From assembly GCA_017889125.1 (NCBI GenBank), contig JAGHER010000088.1, forward strand, positions 2,566-66,565: a stretch of 64,000 nucleotides of DNA, read 5' to 3'. The notes under the pieces were generated by a model. It was not told the origin of the DNA and did not search any database. It worked only from the letters and a program-made list of their open reading frames with translations. The stretch's first letter is position 1; each line of letters begins with the position of its first letter. The DNA is from Lachnospiraceae bacterium (GTDB lineage Bacteria > Bacillota > Clostridia > Lachnospirales > Lachnospiraceae). Position numbers and translations under genes: made by a program. Positions 54,379 through 63,322 of the stretch are shown in pieces.

Positions 54379-55314
54379 ATGGGCGAGGGAAAGAAAGGGT
54401 TTTTCGGGCGTCTGGTAGAAGGCCTGACCAAGACCCGGAACAATATCGTATCAGGAATCGACTCGATTTTCAGCGGCTTTTCCGCCATCGACGATGACTT
54501 TTACGAGGAGATCGAGGAGACCTTAATCATGGGAGATCTGGGGATTCAGACCACCATGGCCATCGTGGAGGATCTTCGGAAGAAGGTGAAGGAGCAGCAC
54601 ATTAAGGAGCCATCCCAGTGCAAGGAGGTGCTGATTGAGAGCATCAAGGAGCAGATGAACCTGGGAGAGAATGCCTACGAGTTTGAGAACCGCACCTCTG
54701 TGGTGCTGGTCATCGGCGTAAACGGCGTGGGAAAGACCACCTCCGTGGGAAAGCTTGCCGGGCAGCTTAAGGATCAGGGGAAAAAGGTGATGCTTGCGGC
54801 TGCGGATACCTTCCGGGCGGCGGCTATCGAGCAGCTGACCGAGTGGGCCAACCGGGCCGGCGTGGAGATCATCGCCCAGCAGGAGGGCTCTGACCCGGCC
54901 GCTGTAGTTTATGACGCAGTGCAGGCGGCCAAATCCAGGCGGGCTGACGTGCTGATCTGCGATACCGCCGGACGGCTCCACAATAAGAAAAATCTGATGG
55001 AAGAATTAAAGAAGATCAACCGGATCATCGACAAGGAGTATCCGGAGGCCTACCGGGAGACCCTGGTGGTCCTTGACGGAACCACCGGCCAGAACGCCAT
55101 GGCCCAGGCCAGACAATTTATGGAGGTGGCCGATATTACCGGCATTATCCTGACCAAGCTTGATGGTACGGCCAAGGGCGGCATCGCGGTGGCCATCCAG
55201 TCGGAGTTAGGAATCCCGGTAAAATATGTGGGTATCGGCGAGAAGATCGACGACCTGCAGAAATTTGATGCAAATGACTTTGTCAACGCCCTGTTTCATG
55301 TAAAGGAAGGATGA
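54379..55314 (+). CDS. ftsY: Signal recognition particle receptor FtsY
   Basis: [33 protein letters not shown] 54366-54372 abuts ATG 54373, so ATG 54379 (6-nt spacing) is preferred. Confidence 0.92.
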   Translation: MGEGKKGFFGRLVEGLTKTRNNIVSGIDSIFSGFSAIDDDFYEEIEETLIMGDLGIQTTMAIVEDLRKKVKEQHIKEPSQCKEVLIESIKEQMNLGENAYEFENRTSVVLVIGVNGVGKTTSVGKLAGQLKDQGKKVMLAAADTFRAAAIEQLTEWANRAGVEIIAQQEGSDPAAVVYDAVQAAKSRRADVLICDTAGRLHNKKNLMEELKKINRIIDKEYPEAYRETLVVLDGTTGQNAMAQARQFMEVADITGIILTKLDGTAKGGIAVAIQSELGIPVKYVGIGEKIDDLQKFDANDFVNALFHVKEG

Positions 55315-55468
55315 ATCTGCCGCAGTGAAGAAGTTCCGGATACGGCGGTAAAAAGGGCTAGATGCAGGTAAAGGTAAAATATAGGATCAGACAAAAGGGT
55401 TCAGACAAAAAACAGGGCCGGTCAAAAGCACAGGCCTGAAAAACTACAGACAGATGGAGGATACGGAA

Positions 55469-56698
55469 ATGGAAGAACTGACACTGGAGAAATTTGAAGA
55501 AGCCTCTGAGGTGGTCCGCCAGGTGACCTCGGAAACGAAGCTGGTCTACAGCGAGTATTTTTCCGCACAGACGGGAAACAAGGTTTATTTTAAGCCGGAG
55601 AATATGCAGTACACCGGCGCATACAAGGTAAGAGGCGCTTACTATAAGATCAGCACCCTGACCCCGGAGGAGAAGGAGAGGGGCCTGATCACCGCATCCG
55701 CAGGAAACCATGCCCAGGGCGTGGCCTATGCGGCCCGTCTGGCAGGCGTGAAGGCCGTGGTGGTGATGCCTACCACTACACCTTTAATGAAGGTAAACCG
55801 CACCAAGAGCTACGGCGCTGAGGTGATTCTGGAAGGGGATGTCTTTGACGAGGCCTGCGCTTATGCCTACAAGCTTGCGGAGGAGAAGGGTTATACCTTC
55901 GTTCATCCCTTTGACGATCTGACGGTAGCCACCGGCCAGGGAACCATTTCCATGGAGATCATCAAGGAGCTTCCCACCGTGGACTACATCCTGGTGCCCA
56001 TCGGCGGCGGCGGCCTCTGCACCGGCGTTTCCGTCCTGGCAAAGCTTTTGAATCCAAAGATCAAGGTGATCGGCGTGGAACCGGCAGGGGCAGCCTGCAT
56101 GAAGGCTTCCTTAAAGGCTGGGGAGGTGGTAAGCCTTCCATCCGTAAACACCATTGCCGACGGTACGGCGGTAAAGCGTCCCGGCGAGAAGCTGTTCCCC
56201 TACATTCAGCAGAATGTGGATGACATCATCACTGTGGAGGACTCCGAGCTGATCGTGGCCTTCCTAGACATGGTGGAGAACCACAAGATGATCGTGGAGA
56301 ATTCCGGCCTTCTGACCGTAGCGGCCTTAAAGCACATGAATGTGGAGAAGAAGAAAATTGTCTCCATCTTAAGCGGCGGAAATATGGACGTGATTACCAT
56401 GGCTTCTGTGATCCAGCACGGTCTGATTCAGAGAGACAGAGTATTTACCGTATCCGTCCTTCTGCCGGATAAGCCCGGTGAGCTGGCTGCCGTATCTACC
56501 CTTCTTGCTAAGGAGCAGGGCAACGTCATCAAGCTGGAGCACAACCAGTTTATCAGCATCAACCGGAACGCGGCAGTGGAGCTGCGGATTACCATGGAGG
56601 CCTTCGGCACGGAGCATAAGAATGCGATTGTGGCAGCGCTTAATGAGGCGGGATACCGGCCGAAGTTAGTAAAGTCTAAAGGAATTTACAGCGAGTAA
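55469..56698 (+). CDS. ilvA: Threonine ammonia-lyase (threonine dehydratase) with C-terminal ACT-like domain
   Basis: PLP-lysine block YFKPENMQYTGAYKVRGAY, GGGGL loop, ~80-aa C-terminal regulatory domain. GGAGG 55456-55460 favours ATG 55469 over 55454. Confidence 0.85.
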   Translation: MEELTLEKFEEASEVVRQVTSETKLVYSEYFSAQTGNKVYFKPENMQYTGAYKVRGAYYKISTLTPEEKERGLITASAGNHAQGVAYAARLAGVKAVVVMPTTTPLMKVNRTKSYGAEVILEGDVFDEACAYAYKLAEEKGYTFVHPFDDLTVATGQGTISMEIIKELPTVDYILVPIGGGGLCTGVSVLAKLLNPKIKVIGVEPAGAACMKASLKAGEVVSLPSVNTIADGTAVKRPGEKLFPYIQQNVDDIITVEDSELIVAFLDMVENHKMIVENSGLLTVAALKHMNVEKKKIVSILSGGNMDVITMASVIQHGLIQRDRVFTVSVLLPDKPGELAAVSTLLAKEQGNVIKLEHNQFISINRNAAVELRITMEAFGTEHKNAIVAALNEAGYRPKLVKSKGIYSE

Positions 56699-56707
56699 AC
56701 GGAAGAA

Positions 56708-56788
56708 ATTTGCGCGGCGGGAAAGAAGGCTTGCAGGCAGGAAAGCGGATTTGCTGCCAGGAGAAAAATTTGCTGTCAGCAGAGAAAA
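56708..56788 (+). repeat. Four degenerate ~20-bp tandem units in the ilvA-ClC intergenic region
   Basis: atttgcgcggcgggaaagaagg / cttgcaggcaggaaagcgg / atttgctgccaggagaaaa / atttgctgtcagcagagaaaa; TTGC cores at 56710, 56731, 56751, 56770. Confidence 0.7.
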
Positions 56789-56806
56789 TACAGGGGTGGG
56801 CGATAA

Positions 56807-58063
56807 ATGAGTCTTTTTGAGATGAGAAAGCCGTTAGAGGATAATATACACTACTTTTTGAAATGGACGGTCCTTGCCGGGATCATTGGCGGCCTGGGGG
56901 GCCTTGCGGGGGGCTGCTTTGCCCGGAGCGTGGTCTGGGCCACCGGTTTCCGGCAGGATAATGGCTGGACGCTGTATCTGATGCCCATCGCGGGCCTGCT
57001 CATTGTCTTTCTTTATCGCCTTTTGGGGGAGGAAAAAAACCGGGGCACCAATATGGTCATTGAATCCATCTCTGCACAGGAGGAGGTAACGCCCGCTACC
57101 GCACCATTAATCTTTATTGCCACGGTGCTCACCCACCTGACTGGCGGTTCTGCCGGACGTGAGGGGGCGGCCCTGCAGCTGGGAGGCAGCATCGGCAGTA
57201 TGATCGGGAAGCGGATTGACCTGGATGAGAAGGATTTAAAGATTGCCGTCATGTGCGGGATGAGCGCAGTCTTTGGCGCCCTCTTCGGTACGCCGGTGGC
57301 GGCAGGGGTCTTTTCCATGGAGGTCATCAGCATCGGCGTCATGTATTACGCGGCGCTGGTGCCCTGCCTGTTTTCCGCCTTTCTTGGCGCTGAGATCTCC
57401 AGTCTTCTGGGGGTAGAGGGAGAGCGGTATCAGATTCTGGATATTCCCTCCTTCAGTCTGTCCTCTGCGGCCTATGTGGTCTTTCTTGGCATGCTCTGTG
57501 CAGTGGTCAGCATCGGCTTCTGTATGCTCCTTCACCGGTCAGAGCATCTTTGGCGGGAGAAAATTCCTAATTCCTGGGTGAGAATCTTGGCGGCCAGCGG
57601 GGTGTTAATCCTTCTGACGCTGCTCTGCGGCACCCGGGATTACAACGGCGGCAGCATGATGCTGATCGAGCACGCCATGGAAGGCCATGCCCGATATCAG
57701 GACTTTCTGTTGAAGGCGCTGTTTACGGCCGTCACCTTAAGCGGCGGCTTTAAGGGCGGAGAGATCGTCCCCACTCTTTGTGTGGGATCTACCCTTGGCT
57801 GTGTGGCGGGCCAGCTGATGGGCATATCCCCATCCTTTTCCGCGGCCTGCGGCATGGCGGCTCTTTTTGTAGGGGTGACCAACTGTCCCATCTCCTCGCT
57901 GATTATTGCTCTGGAGATGTTTGGCGGGGAGGCGCTGCCCTTCTTTGCCATTGTGGTGGCGGTGTCCTTCACTCTGTCGGGGTATTACGGCCTTTACAGC
58001 AGCCAGAAATTTGTGTATTCGAAAACAAGGACGGAATTTATTAACCGGAAGACCAATGAGTAG
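56807..58063 (+). CDS. ClC/EriC-family anion channel or antiporter
   Basis: About 10-12 TM helices; LTGGSAGREGAALQLGG and GGFKGGEIVPT selectivity-filter-like blocks. Confidence 0.85.
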   Translation: MSLFEMRKPLEDNIHYFLKWTVLAGIIGGLGGLAGGCFARSVVWATGFRQDNGWTLYLMPIAGLLIVFLYRLLGEEKNRGTNMVIESISAQEEVTPATAPLIFIATVLTHLTGGSAGREGAALQLGGSIGSMIGKRIDLDEKDLKIAVMCGMSAVFGALFGTPVAAGVFSMEVISIGVMYYAALVPCLFSAFLGAEISSLLGVEGERYQILDIPSFSLSSAAYVVFLGMLCAVVSIGFCMLLHRSEHLWREKIPNSWVRILAASGVLILLTLLCGTRDYNGGSMMLIEHAMEGHARYQDFLLKALFTAVTLSGGFKGGEIVPTLCVGSTLGCVAGQLMGISPSFSAACGMAALFVGVTNCPISSLIIALEMFGGEALPFFAIVVAVSFTLSGYYGLYSSQKFVYSKTRTEFINRKTNE

Positions 58064-58120
58064 TTTTGGCGGTGTATCTGACTGCCGAGCACATGAAGGT
58101 TTAGAAAAGGAGGGGTATGC

Positions 58121-59452
58121 TTGCTTTTGCGATATATTGTAAGTAATTTTAAGTCCATTGGACACCCGCTGGAGTTTAATATGTTCCCAACAGAAGAAAG
58201 CACTGATGAGCGATTTTTAAAAACAATTGAAACAAGGGCCGGTGAGTGGAAGGTATTGCAGAGGGGAGCCTTATTTGGCCCTAATGCATCGGGAAAATCC
58301 TCCTTTATTGAGTCAGTTGGCTTTGCACGGGATTATCTTGTCTCTGGACAAAAAAGCGGAAAAGGGACTGGCGTTAATCAGTTCAGAGGTGATTTTGAAG
58401 ACCTTGAGGGGATTTCATCATTTCAATTCATGTTTTATCTCAATGGTGAGGTTTATGAATATGGTTTTTCCTTGGATCGGCGCCAGGTACATGAAGAATG
58501 GCTGATGGAGCTAAGTGAATGCGAGCTTGAGCCATTATTTACCCGTGTTACTGATGCAGATGGAAAAACGGAGATTGAAATTGAATCGAGATTTGCAGAC
58601 AGCCAGTCCAAGGATAGAATTTTAGCGGATGTACTGAAAAGCAGTATTCAGGAAAACCAGAAGAATCAGCTTTTCTTATATAAGCTTTACGATAATGGAA
58701 TAAAAAAAGCAGAAGAAATCGTTGACTGGTTTAAGAATCTTCAGATTATATTCCCTGAGACAACTGTCCAGGCACTGCCGATTCGCATGCGGGCAGATGA
58801 AAACATGCGCAATTACATTGCAGAAATGCTGGATCAGATGGATACTGGTGTTTATGGGATATCTGTTGCAAGCGATGAAATTGACTTTCATGAATTTGCG
58901 GAAAAGCTGGATTTACCGAAAGAGTTTGTGGATGATATTGAAGAAATTAAGAATGGAATTGTAAATATAGCAGGCCGGTATTTTATCTTTTCTGAAAATG
59001 AAAAGAAAAAGACCATTTTGGTTCAGCTGAAATTCAATCATCAGCTGAACCGAAAAAATGTTCAATTCAATATTGATGAAGAATCGGACGGCACGCAGCG
59101 CCTGGTTGATTTGCTTCCAATGCTGTTTACCATTGGGAAAACACCGGCGATTTATTTTGTTGATGAAATTGACAGAAGCCTGCATACAAAGCTGTCGCAG
59201 TTTTTGCTGGATGAATTTGCCTCAAAAGCAGAGGATGGAGAGAATCAGATTGTTTTTACTGCACATGATGTAAGTTTAATTAATCTGGAACAGTTCCGTC
59301 AGGACGAAATCTGGTTTATTGAGAAAACACAAACAGGAGAATCGACGATAAAGCCATTTTCTGATTTTTCGGTCAAAGAAGGCCAAGATACACTGAAAGC
59401 GTATTTAAATGGCAGGTTTGGAGCCGTTCCGATGATAAGGGGGATGCAGTAA
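58121..59452 (+). CDS. ABC-type AAA ATPase (AAA_15/AAA_21 class; AbiLi/RloA/OLD-ATPase-like)
   Basis: TTG start with GGAGG at 7 nt; opening MLLRYIVSNFKSIG. Walker A GPNASGKSS, signature-like ESDGTQRL, Walker B IYFVDEIDRSLH, H-loop FTAHD. Confidence 0.8.
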   Translation: MLLRYIVSNFKSIGHPLEFNMFPTEESTDERFLKTIETRAGEWKVLQRGALFGPNASGKSSFIESVGFARDYLVSGQKSGKGTGVNQFRGDFEDLEGISSFQFMFYLNGEVYEYGFSLDRRQVHEEWLMELSECELEPLFTRVTDADGKTEIEIESRFADSQSKDRILADVLKSSIQENQKNQLFLYKLYDNGIKKAEEIVDWFKNLQIIFPETTVQALPIRMRADENMRNYIAEMLDQMDTGVYGISVASDEIDFHEFAEKLDLPKEFVDDIEEIKNGIVNIAGRYFIFSENEKKKTILVQLKFNHQLNRKNVQFNIDEESDGTQRLVDLLPMLFTIGKTPAIYFVDEIDRSLHTKLSQFLLDEFASKAEDGENQIVFTAHDVSLINLEQFRQDEIWFIEKTQTGESTIKPFSDFSVKEGQDTLKAYLNGRFGAVPMIRGMQ

Positions 59453-60078
59453 TGCCGCTTTTAAGAAGCCGGGTGCCCTTTACGCCCCAGCATCCGTTTC
59501 GCCAGGTCAGGCCAAAAACCAGCAAAATTATTTTTCTTTCTTGTGAGGGCAGTGTTACTGAGGAAGAGTATTTTGTGCTCATTTCGGATATTTACAGAGA
59601 GGTTAAAAGCAAAATCCAATTTATTTCCGTGGCGGAAGATGCGGTTTTTACTGATCCGAAACACAGGACAAAAGATCAGGCAAAGATGCTCAGTAAGGTG
59701 CGTCCGAAACATTTGGTTGAGCGAATCGATCAATTTAAAGCAGAAAAAGAATCAATTTATCAGTTTTCGAAATATCCGGTATCTGCAGGGCATCCTTATG
59801 AAAAAACTGACCATTTTCGCACAAGACTTGCAAGTCTCGGTGCACCGTTGAAGGAGAAGAAGCATATTCGCTTTTCGGATTACAGCGACGAAAAGATTAA
59901 ATTGGCGATTCACCGGGCAGAGGAGCTGCATGTGGATAAGCAGGATTTGTGCCCACAATATTTTGCAACTACCGTATATTTGCTTTTGCAGAAGATCATG
60001 ATTATGCTGCCGGAAGAGGATATCGTAAAGAGGGCAGCAGAAGCCGATACAGAAGAGATGAAATTTTCCAGGATTTAA
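59452..60078 (+). CDS. RloB/AbiLii-like protein (divergent)
   Basis: TAATG coupling to the ATPase gene. N-terminal KIIFLSCEGSVTEEEYF resembles the RloB hallmark (CEGxxTExxYF). C-terminal ATTVYLLLQKI resembles the family's C-terminal helix. The central acidic core was not recognised. Confidence 0.6.
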   Translation: MPLLRSRVPFTPQHPFRQVRPKTSKIIFLSCEGSVTEEEYFVLISDIYREVKSKIQFISVAEDAVFTDPKHRTKDQAKMLSKVRPKHLVERIDQFKAEKESIYQFSKYPVSAGHPYEKTDHFRTRLASLGAPLKEKKHIRFSDYSDEKIKLAIHRAEELHVDKQDLCPQYFATTVYLLLQKIMIMLPEEDIVKRAAEADTEEMKFSRI

Positions 60079-60091
60079 GGAGGGAATAGTG

Positions 60092-60763
60092 ATGAAAAAA
60101 TGGATTCATTTTGCCTCTGCCGGACTGCTGGCCCTTTGCCTTGTCAGCTGCCAGAGTGCGGGAAGTGGCCAGCAGGGAGGGGCTTCAGAGAATGGGGCGT
60201 CGGCTGGAACGGAAGCGCAGGTCGGGGCGGAAGGCCAGCCAAGCGGCGAGGCGGAAGCAAAAGATAAAGGGGAAGGGGACGCTGTGCAGGAAACAGATGC
60301 ATCCGCAGAGACGAAGGTGGAAGCCGGAGTCCAGATTCCCAATCCCATGGAGGAAGCAGAGGACGGGGAATCCTTAGAGGCCATCGGCCTTTCCATGGCA
60401 GTTCCGGAGGATGCTTCGGATGTGGAATACTATGTGATCAGCGATGTGGTAGGACAGATGTCTTTTGTCTGGGAGGATCATGTCTTTACCTGCAGAGGCT
60501 CCGCTACGGCAGAGGATTTTGCGGGGATTTTTGAGGAATTTGAGGAGACGGAGACGGTTTTTGACGCAGAAGGCACTGACGAAGGCGTCCGGGTCCGCTC
60601 TACGGTAAGCGGCGGCCGCCTGGCGGACTGGAGCATTGATGGCGTAAAGTATACGCTGTATACACCGGATTCTGTGGAAGAGGAAATCATGGAGGGGCTT
60701 TGCCTGGAGATTTCCGGAATATCTTCGGAAACGGAGCCTTTGGCAGAAGGAGAAGGGGAATAA
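60092..60763 (+). CDS. Lipoprotein with acidic low-complexity linker, function unknown
   Basis: AAGGAGGG then ATG 60092. MKKWIHFASAGLLALCLVSC has lipobox LVSC, then a Gly/Glu/Ala-rich stretch and a ~110-aa C-terminal domain. Confidence 0.75.
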   Translation: MKKWIHFASAGLLALCLVSCQSAGSGQQGGASENGASAGTEAQVGAEGQPSGEAEAKDKGEGDAVQETDASAETKVEAGVQIPNPMEEAEDGESLEAIGLSMAVPEDASDVEYYVISDVVGQMSFVWEDHVFTCRGSATAEDFAGIFEEFEETETVFDAEGTDEGVRVRSTVSGGRLADWSIDGVKYTLYTPDSVEEEIMEGLCLEISGISSETEPLAEGEGE

Positions 60764-60774
60764 GGAGGTAGCGT

Positions 60775-62772
60775 ATGGCACTGTATGATTATAACCGGGC
60801 GCAGAAGCTTGGAAAAAAGCAGTATCAGGCATCGTTGATGAAGGGCGAGCATCCCTATCTTCCGGTGCTGGATGACATTCTTTCTTATACGGATATTGTG
60901 TCGGAGGTAAATCTGGGGCTGGTGGATATTCCCCTGAAGCGGATTGTAGGAACCGTCACCCAGGGAAGAACCAATGCCTTTGCCAGCAACTTTATGCCTC
61001 TCCTTCCGGACAGAACGGAATTTGGTGCCAAATGGTCGGCTCTCTATGACCATCAGCTGCGGGACGGCATCCATGATCCCATCATTGCCTACGAGTTTAT
61101 GAACAAGTATTATGTGCAGGAGGGAAATAAGCGGGTCAGCGTTCTGAAATACTTAAATGCCTTCAGCATTCCGGGAATTGTGACCCGCCTTATGCCCAGG
61201 CGGAGCGATGATAAGGAAAACAAGCTGTATTATGAATTCCTGGATTTTTATCAGGTGTCCTTTAACAGCGATGTATGGTTCAGCCAGGAGGGAAGCTACA
61301 AGCGCCTTCTGGAGGTAATGGGACTTAAGCCGGATCAGGTGTGGGATGATGACACCCGCCTGTACTTCAAGGCGGTTTATGAGCGATTTTCCAAGGTCTT
61401 TGATGAAAAGGGCGGCAATGCCATCGGGATTACCTGTTCAGATGCCTTCTTAACTTATGCGGAGATCTTTGGCTATGACACGGTGAAGGAAAAGACAGAG
61501 ACGGAGATTCAGAAGGACCTGACCAAGATCTGGAAGGAGTTGGTATTAAAGAGCCAGGGCGGAAAGGTAGCGCTGGTGGAGCAGCCGGAGGAAGTGCGTC
61601 AGTCCTCCTCCAAGAATCTGATTAATCTGATTCTGCCGGGAAGCGGTGAATCGGAGCATCTGAAGGTTTCCTTCGTGTATGCCAAGACACCGGAGACCTC
61701 CAGCTGGACCTATGGCCATGAGCTGGGGCGGCTTTATCTGGAGCAGACCTTCCCGGGAGAGATTGAGACGGCCTGCTTTTCCAATGCCGACACGGAGACC
61801 GCCATCCAGCAGTCCATCGATATGGCCATTGCGGCGGGCAGCGACATTATCTTTACCACCACACCAAGGATGATTCAGGCCAGTGTGAAGGCTGCGGTGC
61901 AGCACCCAGAGGTAAAGATCTTAAACTGCAATGTCAATACCTCCTATTCCTCTGTGCGTACTTATTACCGGCGGATGCATGAGGCCAAATTTCTCATGGG
62001 CGCCATTGCGGCGGCCATGGATCAGAGCGGTCGGCTGGGGTATATCGCCGATTACCCCATTTACGGCTCCCTGGCAAATGTAAATGCCTTTGCCATCGGC
62101 GCCCGGATGATTGATCCCCGGGTGAAGGTTTTCCTGAAGTGGAAGTGCGTGAAGGATGCAGATGCTTTGGAGGAGCTTCTGGAGGAGGGGGTTAACTACA
62201 TCTCTGCCGATGATATGATTACGCCCAATTCTCCCTCCAGGGAGTTCGGGCTGTTTCATCGAGAGGAGGACGGAAGTCTTTCCACTCTGGCCACGCCTAT
62301 CTGTGACTGGGGAAAATTCTATGTGCGGATCGTAAAGATTATCCGTCAGGGCGGCTGGAATACGCTGGATACCAAGGGAAAACAGGCGGTAAATTACTGG
62401 TGGGGAATGTCGGCGGACGTAATCGATGTGATCTGTTCCCAGAATCTTCCCCAGGGAACCAACCGGCTGATTACCTTCCTTAAAAATTCCATTCGGTCGG
62501 GAAGCTTCCAGCCCTTCGAGTGTGATGTATACTCCAGGGATGGCGTGCTTCGCTGCAGTGAGAGCAAAAAGCTGTCGCCGGAGGAGATTGTAACCATGAA
62601 CTGGCTGGCGGAAAATGTGGTTGGCACTGTGCCGCCGGCAGATGAGCTCACAGAAGAGGGCCAGGATCTGGTACGTCTTCAGGGGATAAAATTGGATGAG
62701 AATACGGAGGCAGTAATAGGAGATAATGAAGATTCTGGTAGTAGCGGACGAGGAGTCCAAGATCCTTTATGA
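60775..62772 (+). CDS. Cytoplasmic 665-aa protein: ParB/Srx-like N-terminal domain + BMP/PnrA-like periplasmic-binding-fold domain
   Basis: AAGGAGG SD. DPIIAYEFMNKYYVQEGNKRVSVLKYL resembles the ParB N-terminal box. The C-terminal half (VSFVYAKTPETSSWTYGH...LGYIADYPIYGSLANVNAFAIGA) resembles BMP-family lipoproteins, but there is no signal peptide. Confidence 0.65.
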   Translation: MALYDYNRAQKLGKKQYQASLMKGEHPYLPVLDDILSYTDIVSEVNLGLVDIPLKRIVGTVTQGRTNAFASNFMPLLPDRTEFGAKWSALYDHQLRDGIHDPIIAYEFMNKYYVQEGNKRVSVLKYLNAFSIPGIVTRLMPRRSDDKENKLYYEFLDFYQVSFNSDVWFSQEGSYKRLLEVMGLKPDQVWDDDTRLYFKAVYERFSKVFDEKGGNAIGITCSDAFLTYAEIFGYDTVKEKTETEIQKDLTKIWKELVLKSQGGKVALVEQPEEVRQSSSKNLINLILPGSGESEHLKVSFVYAKTPETSSWTYGHELGRLYLEQTFPGEIETACFSNADTETAIQQSIDMAIAAGSDIIFTTTPRMIQASVKAAVQHPEVKILNCNVNTSYSSVRTYYRRMHEAKFLMGAIAAAMDQSGRLGYIADYPIYGSLANVNAFAIGARMIDPRVKVFLKWKCVKDADALEELLEEGVNYISADDMITPNSPSREFGLFHREEDGSLSTLATPICDWGKFYVRIVKIIRQGGWNTLDTKGKQAVNYWWGMSADVIDVICSQNLPQGTNRLITFLKNSIRSGSFQPFECDVYSRDGVLRCSESKKLSPEEIVTMNWLAENVVGTVPPADELTEEGQDLVRLQGIKLDENTEAVIGDNEDSGSSGRGVQDPL

Positions 62773-63322
62773 TTTTTATAAGCCCGGGATGCTGGATGAT
62801 ATCGATCTGATACTGGCCTGCGGCGATCTGAAGGCAGGGTATCTGTCCTTCCTGGTAACCATGTCCCATGCGCCGGTTCTGTATGTGTGCGGAAACCACG
62901 ATCATTATGACAGTCACTCCATGAATGGATGCATCTGTGTGGAGGATGATATTTATGTCTATAAGGGGGTGCGGATCCTGGGGTTGGGCGGTTCCATGCA
63001 GTACATCCCCAGGGCAGATAACCAGTACACGGAGCGTGCCATGAGCCGGCGGATCCGCCGGCTCTGGTGGAAGCTTTTCCGAAGCGGCGGGTTTGACATC
63101 CTTATGACCCATGCTCCGGCCTTTGAGCTGAATGACATGGAGGATCTTCCCCACCGGGGATTTAAAAGCTTCCTGAAGCTGATGGATAAATACAAGCCGA
63201 AATTTTTCGTGCACGGACATATTCATGCCACATACGGCGGCAAATTCAAGCGGCTGGATCACTATAAGGATACCACTGTTGTGAATGCTTACGAAAAGTA
63301 CATAATCGAATATCCGGATTAA
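62726..63322 (+). CDS. Small metallophosphoesterase
   Basis: MKILVVADEE..., ILACGDL, VCGNHD, VHGHIH blocks; 47-nt overlap with the upstream gene. Confidence 0.8.
   Translation: MKILVVADEESKILYDFYKPGMLDDIDLILACGDLKAGYLSFLVTMSHAPVLYVCGNHDHYDSHSMNGCICVEDDIYVYKGVRILGLGGSMQYIPRADNQYTERAMSRRIRRLWWKLFRSGGFDILMTHAPAFELNDMEDLPHRGFKSFLKLMDKYKPKFFVHGHIHATYGGKFKRLDHYKDTTVVNAYEKYIIEYPD

Larger units (their letters stand above)
58064..60091 (+). other. Low-GC two-gene insertion islet
   Basis: Hand counts of single 60-nt lines: 58141 about 38%, 59041 about 43%, 59641 about 45% GC, versus about 57% at 57901. AAGGAGGG occurs at both junctions (58107-58114, 60077-60084). Confidence 0.6.

Noticed and set aside
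56699-56806. Fluoride riboswitch upstream of the ClC gene, and T-box or attenuator upstream of ilvA (55315-55468)
   Set aside because: I could not find the conserved crcB-motif strings (GATGG...CTGATGATGCCT-like) or a T-box sequence with specifier and terminator-antiterminator arrangement. An Infernal/Rfam scan would be needed to be sure.
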